64,000 nt of DNA from an uncultured Chloroflexia bacterium (GTDB lineage: Bacteria; Chloroflexota; Limnocylindria; Limnocylindrales; CSP1-4): positions 2,179,398 to 2,243,397 of the forward strand of contig OY970149.1 of the NCBI GenBank assembly GCA_963706095.1, in the 5' to 3' direction. The notes beneath the pieces are model-generated. The model saw only the letters and a program-made list of their open reading frames with translations. It searched no databases and was not told where the DNA came from. Of this stretch, positions 32,906-40,968 are shown in pieces. Position 1 is the first letter of the stretch. Every line of letters starts with the position of its first letter. The translations under genes and the position numbers were made by a program.

Positions 32906-33732
32906 TGGCGTCGCCGTCGATCCCGCGTTCGTCGATCGCGCGCGGAGGCGTCACCCGGGTCCTGCCCTTCGGCAGCCGTCACTCGGTGCACATCCTCGAG
33001 CGCAACCGGTTCATTTTCCGGCGCGGCTGGCTGGTCATCTTCAGTGGCTTCTTCGAGCCGGTCTTCTTCCTGCTCGGCATTGGCTTTGGCCTTGGTGCGC
33101 TGATCGGCACGGTGACCGGGCCTGACGGGACGCAGATCCCCTATGCCGTGTTCGTGGCGCCTGCGCTGCTGGCCACGGCCGCTATGAACGGCGCGGTCTA
33201 CGACACGACCAACATGTTCTTCCGGCTGCGCTACGAGAAGTCGTACGACGGCATGCTCGCGACGCCGATGAACGTCGGCGACATCGCGCTCGGCGAGATC
33301 GTGTGGGCTCTCGGCCGCGGCGCGCTGTACGGCCTCGGCTTCCTGGTCGTGATGTTCGTGTTCGGCCTGGTGCCGTCAATGTGGGGCGTGCTCGCCCTGC
33401 CGGCGTCGATGCTCATCGGCTTCGCCACGGCCGCGGCCGGCCTGGCGGCCACAACCTTCATGCGCTCGTGGCAGGACCTCGACCTGCTGTTCGTGATCAC
33501 ACTGCCGCTGTTTTTGTTCAGCGGCACGTTCTTCCCGATCGACACGTACCCGGAGCCGCTGCACACGATCGTCCAGTTCTCGCCGCTGTATCGCGGCGTC
33601 GACCTGGTCCGTGGTCTGACCACCGGCGTCCTCGGCCCGAACCTGGTGATCGACGTGATCTACCTGGCGATCCTGGGCCTGGCCTGCATGTGGGTCGCGT
33701 CGCGCCGCCTCGGCCGAATGCTCATCAAGTAA
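32905..33732 (+). CDS. ABC-2 type transporter permease (second subunit)
   Basis: Paralogous to the preceding permease. TGATG overlap. Confidence 0.8.
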   Translation: MASPSIPRSSIARGGVTRVLPFGSRHSVHILERNRFIFRRGWLVIFSGFFEPVFFLLGIGFGLGALIGTVTGPDGTQIPYAVFVAPALLATAAMNGAVYDTTNMFFRLRYEKSYDGMLATPMNVGDIALGEIVWALGRGALYGLGFLVVMFVFGLVPSMWGVLALPASMLIGFATAAAGLAATTFMRSWQDLDLLFVITLPLFLFSGTFFPIDTYPEPLHTIVQFSPLYRGVDLVRGLTTGVLGPNLVIDVIYLAILGLACMWVASRRLGRMLIK

Positions 33733-34022
33733 CCGCTCCGCCGGCGGTCGGCGCCGCGACGGCTGGCTCCCTGCCCGGACTTCACTGACAGTTTCACCTC
33801 TTGGCCAAGCCGAGCCTCAAGACGGCCGTGGTCGCCCGCTAGGCTCCATTGCGGCCCCCACCATGGGCGCTTTGAGCGTGACTTGGCCTCCAGCTGAGAC
33901 AGCCGGCCGCAGTTTGGGACCACTAAGGGCCCCTTTAATTACTGACCTGAAACTCACAATGAAAACTTCGGGCGGATTGGCGAGACAGGTCAGCTCCCTG
34001 CGAGGTTTCAGCCGCGCCTCGG

Positions 34023-34200
34023 GAGCATCATTCTCACCTGCGGGTCGCAGACAGTCAGAAGGTGCGCTCCCAACTGCCTGGCAAACCAGCTCGCCTCGCC
34101 GTAATGCGGTTTCCCGAGTGACCACGCGCTCGGCCCAGGACCTGGGCCGGCCGACGTGGGCCTTAAGGCGATCGCTGCTGCGAACTTGAGAATGATGCTC
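34023..34200. repeat. 14-bp perfect inverted repeat pair in a 534-nt convergent spacer
   Basis: GAGCATCATTCTCA (34023-34036) and TGAGAATGATGCTC (34187-34200). The interior contains the palindrome GGCCCAGGACCTGGGCC. Confidence 0.7.
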
Positions 34201-34266
34201 GTACCTGCACTGCTTGGGCGGCGGCCGCCTTGTTGGCCAGCGGCGGCCTTGCTGGGCCGCGACGGG

Positions 34267-35352
34267 CTACATCACTGCGATGGCGCGCTCGATGGCGAGG
34301 TCGGAACGGAGCTGGCGGTCGACCAGAGCGCGGATGATGTAGTTCACGGCCACGCCCTTGTCGTTGAGCGTCGGCGGCGCGTCGGCGGGAATCGGGATCT
34401 TGACCGTCATGCCGCCGCGGAAGGCGGATGGATCCACGGTCGTGGAGAACAGCACGAGATCGCTGATGCCATTCGGCGCCTTAACGTCAGCCTGGAGCTC
34501 CAGCCGACCGGCGCGGCCGGAGCCGGCGCCCGGCCACGTGACCGTCACCTCGATCTCTGATCCCGCGGCGATAGGCGGAATGGGCTTCACGGCGATCGAG
34601 GCGTCGCCGATTGTCCATGCGTCAAAGAAGGCGCCCTGCTCGAGTGTGACCGCGCCGGAGCGCAGGTAGTCGATGTTCTGCTTGACATCGACCAACGCGG
34701 TCACCCGCTCGTCGCCGCCCATCGAAACGTCCCACTTGGCGTCGAGCGCCCAGGCGAGGATCGCGCTGCCCATGTGCGCGGAAACCGGGCCGAGTCGGGG
34801 GGCGGGAAGATTGAAGTCGGCCTCGAACGTCTGGCCCACGCTGAGTGACGCCGGCAGCGCCGGCTGGCTGAAGGGCAGCTCCTCGAAGATGTCGCCGGCG
34901 ACCTGGACCCAGCGCTCCGTCGACGTCACCTTGCCATCGCCGTCGCGCTTGTCCTCGGACCGCTCCTGCTCCGTCAGCAGCACTCCCACCAGCCGGAACA
35001 TCGCGCCGCGGGCGTTGATGTTCTTCAGCGCGGTCAGCGAGATCTTGCCGCTGATTGCCTCGCCGATGCGGATCGGCCCGTTGAGCGTGATCGTGCCGTC
35101 GATGCCGTCGCTCGAGCGGCGGACCAGCTCGTCCATTCGGATCGCAGCCAGGGGATGGCTTCCCGACGGGCCGACCAACCGATTCGATCCAACGGCGTCG
35201 AACGGCGACGGCGCGCTGCCGAAGCGCATCGTGCCGAAGCTGGTCCAGGTCGTCGAGCTCCCGCGATCGAGCACCGACTGACGAAACGAGTCCCCCACGA
35301 GCAGATCCCTCCCAGATAAGTTGGTGGTGGCGACACCTCGACGCCACGGCAA
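34267..35352 (-). CDS. Hypothetical protein, arrestin-fold/Spo0M-like (tentative)
   Basis: Two beta-rich halves: ..ITLNGPIRIGEAISGKISLTALKNINARGAMFRLVG.. and ..IPIPADAPPTLNDKGVAVNYIIRALVD.., reminiscent of arrestin-N/Spo0M proteins. The start is uncertain (alternative Met at residues 42 and 73). Confidence 0.45.
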   Translation of the reverse strand: MPWRRGVATTNLSGRDLLVGDSFRQSVLDRGSSTTWTSFGTMRFGSAPSPFDAVGSNRLVGPSGSHPLAAIRMDELVRRSSDGIDGTITLNGPIRIGEAISGKISLTALKNINARGAMFRLVGVLLTEQERSEDKRDGDGKVTSTERWVQVAGDIFEELPFSQPALPASLSVGQTFEADFNLPAPRLGPVSAHMGSAILAWALDAKWDVSMGGDERVTALVDVKQNIDYLRSGAVTLEQGAFFDAWTIGDASIAVKPIPPIAAGSEIEVTVTWPGAGSGRAGRLELQADVKAPNGISDLVLFSTTVDPSAFRGGMTVKIPIPADAPPTLNDKGVAVNYIIRALVDRQLRSDLAIERAIAVM

Positions 35353-35370
35353 GCCTATTGTCCGCTGACG

Positions 35371-36615
35371 TTACTTCCTGTTGCCGAAAAGTCGCTTGGC
35401 GGTTCCGGTTGCCGGCGACCATTCCAGAGTGTCGGCGCCGACGAAGGACATGTAGTCAGCGAGCGCCGCGCGCATGGCGGAAACGAAGCCGTCGGCGGAG
35501 CGCGGGTTGAAGCCTTCCTCCCACCACAGGCCCAGGATCGTCAGCGAGCGCGCCTTGCGGTCGTAGCGTGGCTCGATGCGGCCGACGAGGCGGTCGCCGA
35601 ACAGCAATGGCAGGACGTAGTAGCCCCAGCGGCGCTTGGCCGCGGGCACGTAGACCTCCCAGATGTAGTCGAAGCCGAACAGCTCGCGCAGGAGCCCGCG
35701 ATCCCAGACGAACGGATCGAGCGGCGCGAGGAACGTCACGGCTGGTGAGGCCAGCGGGGTGTCGGCCGTGGAGAGGGCGGAATCGAGCCGCGGCCGATCC
35801 TCCGCGGGCACGTAGTGCACCGCCTTGACCCCCTCCACGCGGACCGGGATCAGCGTTCCCGCCTCGACCAGCTCCTGGGTCCAGCGCGTGCGGTCGGGGC
35901 CCTTGCCCAGGCTGATCATCACGTCGTTGCCCGCCTGCGGGCGCGAGATGCCAATGGCGCGAAACCGCGACAGCAGCCGATGGCGCGCGGCCTCCTCCGC
36001 CGGCTCCGTCCGGGCCAGGATCTGTGCCGGCACGAGCCGCTCGATCAGGTCGTAGTAGCGCCGGTTGCCGGCGCGCCGCGCAACGCCCACGCGACCGGAC
36101 ACAAACAGCGCCTCGAGAATCGCCCGCGCGGCGCTCGTCGGCGCCCACCACCAGTCGATCGCATGCTTGTGGTGAGCAAAATCGGCGGTCGTCAGCGGCC
36201 CGCGCTCGGCGAGCGTGGCCAGGATGTCCTCGGCGACATCGGCGTGCTCAACCAGGGTCGTGCCACCGTAGTAGTCGCCCAGGCGCACCCACGACAGGCG
36301 GTAGTGGGGCAGCTCCTCGATCGGGACCATGTTGAGGCTCTTGTTGTAGATCTCGAACAGCCGCCGATCCTCGCCGTATAGCCAGTGATCCGCCCATTCC
36401 CGCTGGTACCCGCCGATGCGCGCGTGGAGTGTCAGGTCGTGGTTGCGGGCGCCGGGAACCTCGAGCGGATCGAACTGGAGGACTCCCAGGCGGTCGACCA
36501 CCCGGAGCACGCTCTCCGGCTCGGTCGGCAACGACCGCGGCGGCGTCAACAGGTGGCGCTCGACGAGGTATCGCCGCGCGGCGGCAGCGGAGACGACGAG
36601 CGGCGCAGTCGACAC
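35371..36615 (-). CDS. Winged-helix YcaQ/AlkZ-family protein (HTH_42 superfamily, interstrand-crosslink DNA glycosylase-like)
   Basis: ..VVDRLGVLQFDPLEVPGARNHDLTLHARI..LFEIYNKSLNMVP.. and C-terminal RRWGYYVLPLLFGDRLVGRIEPRYDRKARSLTI match the DUF1006/YcaQ pattern. Confidence 0.75.
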   Translation of the reverse strand: MSTAPLVVSAAAARRYLVERHLLTPPRSLPTEPESVLRVVDRLGVLQFDPLEVPGARNHDLTLHARIGGYQREWADHWLYGEDRRLFEIYNKSLNMVPIEELPHYRLSWVRLGDYYGGTTLVEHADVAEDILATLAERGPLTTADFAHHKHAIDWWWAPTSAARAILEALFVSGRVGVARRAGNRRYYDLIERLVPAQILARTEPAEEAARHRLLSRFRAIGISRPQAGNDVMISLGKGPDRTRWTQELVEAGTLIPVRVEGVKAVHYVPAEDRPRLDSALSTADTPLASPAVTFLAPLDPFVWDRGLLRELFGFDYIWEVYVPAAKRRWGYYVLPLLFGDRLVGRIEPRYDRKARSLTILGLWWEEGFNPRSADGFVSAMRAALADYMSFVGADTLEWSPATGTAKRLFGNRK

Positions 36616-36653
36616 GGCGGGCGAACTGTAGACCTTGCCTATACTCGGTGCAG

Positions 36654-37877
36654 ATGGCCACCCAACGCGATTACTACGACGTGTTGGGCGTGCCCCGCGG
36701 CGCAGCGGACGAGGAGATCAAGCGCTCGTTCCGCAAGCTCGCCCAGCAGTGGCACCCCGACGTCAATACCTCGGCCGAGGCCGACACGCGCTTCAAGGAG
36801 ATCAACGAGGCGTACCAGGTGCTGTCCGATCCACAGCGCCGGCAGGCCTACGACATGTTCGGCCACGCCGGCGCGAACGGTGGTGGCTTTGATCCGTTCG
36901 GCTCAGCCGGCGGTGCCGGTGGCGCGGGCGGCTTCCAGGGCTTCGGCGACATCTTCGACGCGTTCTTCGGCGGCGCCGCCGGTGGCGCCGGCCGCCGGCC
37001 GCGGGTACCGACCGGCGCAGACCTGCGCTACGACATCGAGCTGACCTTTGCCGAGTCGATCAACGGCGTCGAGAAGGAGATCGAGTTCACGGCCCTTGGC
37101 CGCTGCGAGACGTGCAACGGCGACGGCGCAGAGCCGGGAACGTCGCCGACGACGTGCACGAAGTGCCAGGGCACGGGCGAGATCCGCAACGTGCGCTCGA
37201 CGATGCTCGGCCAGATAGTCAACGTGACCATGTGCGACCGCTGCCGCGGGACCGGCCGGATCGTCGAGACGCCATGTCACACCTGCCACGGCGACGGCCG
37301 CGTCGAGCGCAAGCGCGTCCTGCGCGTGGCCATTCCGGCCGGCATCGACGAAGGCCATCAGATCCGACTCGCCGGCGAGGGCGAAGCCGCTCCGCGGGGC
37401 GGCGTGCCGGGCAACATGTACGTGGTCGCCCACGTCCAGTCGCACCCGCAGCTGCGCCGGCGTGACGCGGAGCTCTACTTCGAGCTTCCTGTCTCGATCA
37501 CCCAGGCCGCGCTCGGCGCGCGGCTGGCGGTCCCGACAGCCGACGGCGAGGAGGAGATCGAGATAAAGCCGGGCACGCAGGCGGGCAGCGAGATCCGGCT
37601 GCGCGGTCGGGGCGTACCCCACCTGCGCCGGTCCGGTTCGCGCGGCGACCTGCATGTCCTCGTGGACGTGCGCGTCCCGACCCGACTCTCGGCACGCCAG
37701 CGCGAGCTGCTCGAGGAGCTCTCTGCCGAGATGGGCGAGACGGACGATGTCGACGAGACGGCCGACCAACCTGCGGCAGCCGACGCCACGGACGGCGCGC
37801 CCAAGCCACGCAAGTCGACGCGACGCCGCGCCAGCCGACGCACGCTGGGCGATCGGCTGCGCGACGCGATCAGCTGA
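36654..37877 (+). CDS. dnaJ: Molecular chaperone DnaJ
   Basis: J domain DYYDVLGVPRGAADEEIKRSFRKLAQQWHPDVN, a G/F region and four CxxCxG zinc motifs. TATACT lies 8 nt upstream of the ATG, and there is no SD. Confidence 0.95.
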   Translation: MATQRDYYDVLGVPRGAADEEIKRSFRKLAQQWHPDVNTSAEADTRFKEINEAYQVLSDPQRRQAYDMFGHAGANGGGFDPFGSAGGAGGAGGFQGFGDIFDAFFGGAAGGAGRRPRVPTGADLRYDIELTFAESINGVEKEIEFTALGRCETCNGDGAEPGTSPTTCTKCQGTGEIRNVRSTMLGQIVNVTMCDRCRGTGRIVETPCHTCHGDGRVERKRVLRVAIPAGIDEGHQIRLAGEGEAAPRGGVPGNMYVVAHVQSHPQLRRRDAELYFELPVSITQAALGARLAVPTADGEEEIEIKPGTQAGSEIRLRGRGVPHLRRSGSRGDLHVLVDVRVPTRLSARQRELLEELSAEMGETDDVDETADQPAAADATDGAPKPRKSTRRRASRRTLGDRLRDAIS

Positions 37878-37891
37878 TCCGCGACGAGGGC

Positions 37892-38830
37892 TTGACGGCC
37901 GCCGGGACCTGGCTCGAGCTATCGGTCAGCGTTGATCACGAGGCGGTCGAGCAGGTCAGCGAGATCCTGTCGCGCGTGTGTCCCGGCGGAGTCTCGCTCG
38001 AGGCACCCTTCGAGCTGATCGACGAGGGGCTCGCGGCGCGGCCGGACACGCGGCGGCCGGCAACTCTGCGTGCATATGTCTCCGCGCTCGATGCGGCCGC
38101 CGCCCGTGCGGCCGTAGAACGTGCCACCTCAGATCTGGGCCATCTGCAGGCCTTTGCGCTGCGGCCGATCGGCGAGCTCCAGACGCGCGTCGTCAACGAG
38201 GAGGATTGGGCCGAGGCCTGGAAGGAGCACTTCCCGGTGCTGCGCGTGGGCCGTCGGCTGGTCATCCGGCCGTCCTGGCGCGAGCATGAGCCGGCCGACG
38301 ACGAGCTGGTCATTGATCTCGACCCGGGGATGGCCTTCGGCACGGGCCTGCATCCGACGACCCGGCTGTGCCTCGCTGAGCTCGAAGATCTTGCAGAGGC
38401 CGGCGGGCTATCCGGTGCGCGCGTTCTCGATGTTGGCTCGGGCTCCGGGATTTTGGCGATCGCCGCGGCCCTGCTCGGCGCGGACGAGGTTACGGCCGTC
38501 GATACGGATCCGATCGCGGTCGAGATGACGGCCAAAAACGCGCAGCTCAACGATCTCGCCGGACGGGTCGTGGCGCGGCAGGGCAGCGTCCCGCTTCTCG
38601 ACTCTGGGCCGTTCGACGTGGTCGTGGCCAACCTGGTGGCCAGCCTGTTGGTCGACCTTGCCAGTCCACTTTCGGACGCAGTCAACGCGGGCGGTCGGCT
38701 GGTCGCCAGCGGGATCTTCCATGACCGCGAATCGGAGGTCTTGTCGGCGTTCCAAGTGGCCGGCCTGCGGGTTATCGATCGGCGGGTGGAAGGTGAGTGG
38801 GTGGCCCTCGAAGCCGCGCGGGCAGTCTGA
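37892..38830 (+). CDS. prmA: Ribosomal protein L11 methyltransferase
   Basis: PrmA layout with the SAM motif VLDVGSGSGILAIAAALLGA and FDVVVANL. Conserved position after dnaJ. TTG start. Confidence 0.88.
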   Translation: MTAAGTWLELSVSVDHEAVEQVSEILSRVCPGGVSLEAPFELIDEGLAARPDTRRPATLRAYVSALDAAAARAAVERATSDLGHLQAFALRPIGELQTRVVNEEDWAEAWKEHFPVLRVGRRLVIRPSWREHEPADDELVIDLDPGMAFGTGLHPTTRLCLAELEDLAEAGGLSGARVLDVGSGSGILAIAAALLGADEVTAVDTDPIAVEMTAKNAQLNDLAGRVVARQGSVPLLDSGPFDVVVANLVASLLVDLASPLSDAVNAGGRLVASGIFHDRESEVLSAFQVAGLRVIDRRVEGEWVALEAARAV

Positions 38831-38832
38831 CA

Positions 38833-39306
38833 GTGCTTGCCCAGTTCTTCCCGCTGATCCTGGCCACTCACATCACGCTCGCGGTGATGCTCTTCCTGCC
38901 GAGCATCCTGCTGCCGTTCACGATGCGCGCACGCCGTGCCGGCACGCCGCCGCCGGAGCCCAGCCGCTTCACTCGCGCGCTGCAGTGGATGCAGCGCAAC
39001 GGCACGTTGGTCATCGGCATCGGCCTGGCCGTCACGGGTGTTGGGCTGATCGCGGTGCTGGGGACGCAACTCCTCAGCCAGCCGTGGCTGGTGCTCGCGT
39101 TGGTGCTGTACACGATCAACCTGCTGATCGCGTTCTTCGTGCAGCGCCCGGGCGTCGCGCGGCTGTTGCGCTTCCGCGGCGAAACATCGGACGCTGCCAC
39201 GGCGCGCTGGAAAATCTGGGCGCGGCGCCAGCGCTACGTCAGCTACGTGATGGCCGGCCTGGTCGGCGTGATCGGCTTCCTGATGATGACCAAGCCCGAC
39301 CTCTAG
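38833..39306 (+). CDS. Hypothetical integral membrane protein (DUF2269-like)
   Basis: Four hydrophobic helices. GTG lies 3 nt after the prmA stop. The longer track start (38797) would overlap prmA. Confidence 0.5.
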   Translation: MLAQFFPLILATHITLAVMLFLPSILLPFTMRARRAGTPPPEPSRFTRALQWMQRNGTLVIGIGLAVTGVGLIAVLGTQLLSQPWLVLALVLYTINLLIAFFVQRPGVARLLRFRGETSDAATARWKIWARRQRYVSYVMAGLVGVIGFLMMTKPDL

Positions 39307-39348
39307 GTCGTCCGTCGCCTTCGGTCGCGCCGCCCTTACCATCCGCGG

Positions 39349-39699
39349 ATGCGCGATCCGGACTGCCTCTTCTGCAAGATCATCGCCGCGGAGATCCCCG
39401 CTGACATCGTCCATCGCGACGATCAGGTCGTGGCCTTTCGCGACATCGCGCCCAAGGCGCCGACTCATCTGTTGCTCGTGCCGGTGGAGCACATCGCGTC
39501 TGCGGCCGACCTGACGGACGAGCACGCTGCCACGCTTGGACACCTTTTCGCGGTGGCGGCCGATCTCGCGCGCGACGCGGGCATCGTCGAGAGCGGCTTT
39601 CGCATCGTCACCAACGCCGGCAGCGGCGCCGGCCAGAGCGTGTTCCACATCCACTTCCACCTGATGGGCGGCCGATCGATGAGCTGGCCTCCGGGCTGA
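39349..39699 (+). CDS. HIT family (histidine triad) nucleotide hydrolase
   Basis: CLFCKII..., the histidine triad HIHFHLMGG, 116 aa. Confidence 0.9.
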   Translation: MRDPDCLFCKIIAAEIPADIVHRDDQVVAFRDIAPKAPTHLLLVPVEHIASAADLTDEHAATLGHLFAVAADLARDAGIVESGFRIVTNAGSGAGQSVFHIHFHLMGGRSMSWPPG

Positions 39700-39723
39700 C
39701 GGGCTGACCCGGCCAACCCCTCC

Positions 39724-40968
39724 ATGACAGAGGAAGAGGAGCGCTCCTACCGGGCCCTGCTGGCCACGCCCCAATTCAGGCGCGTGCTCATCTCGATGGA
39801 GCTGGGCCGCATCGCGCAGGCGATGGTGCCGGTGGCGCTCGTCCTCCTGGCGCTGACCAGCTTCGACTCACCAGCGCTGGCCGGAGCGCTCACCTTCCTG
39901 GCGGTCTTTCCCGGGTTGGCTGCGGCGCCTTTCGTCGGCGCGTTGATCGACCGCTTCGGCAAGCTGCTCGCCATTCGTCTCGACTACTTGGTCGGCGCCG
40001 CGCTGACGGCGGTCATTGCGGCACTGCCGGTCGCCGCGCCCGAGACCGTTCCGCTGCTGCTCGGGCTGACTCTCATCCTGGGCGTCACCCAACTCTTCAG
40101 TGACGCCGGATTCCGCAGCCTCTTCCCCGACCTGGTGCCCGAGCATCTTTGGGAACGCGCCAACGCGGTCGATTCGAGCGGGTACCAGGTCGCATTGATC
40201 GCGGGACCACCGGTGGCTGCCGTGCTCTTCGGCCTCTTCGGCCAGGCCGTGGCGTTCTCGGCGATCGCGATCACCTACGCGGCGTCTGCTCTATTCACGA
40301 TCGGACTGCGCTTTCCACGCCGCGTATCCAGCGAGCACGAGCATCTCATTCGGTCGGCGCTCGACGGCCTCGGGTACGTCCTGCACAACCCGACGCTGCG
40401 CGCACTGGCCGTCTCGGTCTCCGTGACAGGCGTGGCGCTGGGTATCAGCACGATCGCTGTCTCGGTTCTCATCGTTGACCAGCTCCAGGCCGGTGAAGCC
40501 GTCGTTGGGCTGGCCTTCGGCATCGCAGGTACGTGTGGCATCGCCACCGCGGTAGCAGTCGGCCGAATTGACACGCGTGGGCGCGAGCGCTGGCTTATCA
40601 CTCTTGCCCATGTCGGGATCACCGTCGCGGCGTTGATGTTGCTGCCGGCAATCCAGGCCGGAGTCGTCGTCGGCCTGGCATGGATCTTCGGCTCGATGGT
40701 TGTCCGTGGCGCTGCGGAGAGTGCGTGGGATCTCGGAGTGTTCTCTCTTCGGCAGCGGCGCACCGAGAAGCACATGCACGGCCGCGCGTTTGCGATCTCG
40801 ATGGCGCTCAACTATTCAGGCGTGCCCATCGGCGCGGCCCTCGGCGGATGGCTTGTCGCCGCGGATCTCGCGCTCGCGCTCTGCGTGGCGATCGCATTCG
40901 GCGTCGCGGGAACCGTGCTGGGCTACCTGCTCCTGCCGCGGACGGACGAGGCGGCAGATCCCGCCTAG
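39724..40968 (+). CDS. MFS transporter
   Basis: About 12 TM helices in a typical MFS_1-like layout (..GALIDRFGK..). Confidence 0.8.
   Translation: MTEEEERSYRALLATPQFRRVLISMELGRIAQAMVPVALVLLALTSFDSPALAGALTFLAVFPGLAAAPFVGALIDRFGKLLAIRLDYLVGAALTAVIAALPVAAPETVPLLLGLTLILGVTQLFSDAGFRSLFPDLVPEHLWERANAVDSSGYQVALIAGPPVAAVLFGLFGQAVAFSAIAITYAASALFTIGLRFPRRVSSEHEHLIRSALDGLGYVLHNPTLRALAVSVSVTGVALGISTIAVSVLIVDQLQAGEAVVGLAFGIAGTCGIATAVAVGRIDTRGRERWLITLAHVGITVAALMLLPAIQAGVVVGLAWIFGSMVVRGAAESAWDLGVFSLRQRRTEKHMHGRAFAISMALNYSGVPIGAALGGWLVAADLALALCVAIAFGVAGTVLGYLLLPRTDEAADPA

Noticed and set aside
37936-39774. 612-aa ORF on the minus strand
   Set aside because: It is antisense to prmA, the DUF2269-like gene and the HIT gene. 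The translation is Arg/Ala/Gly/Pro-rich with no motif, which is the typical GC-rich shadow ORF.
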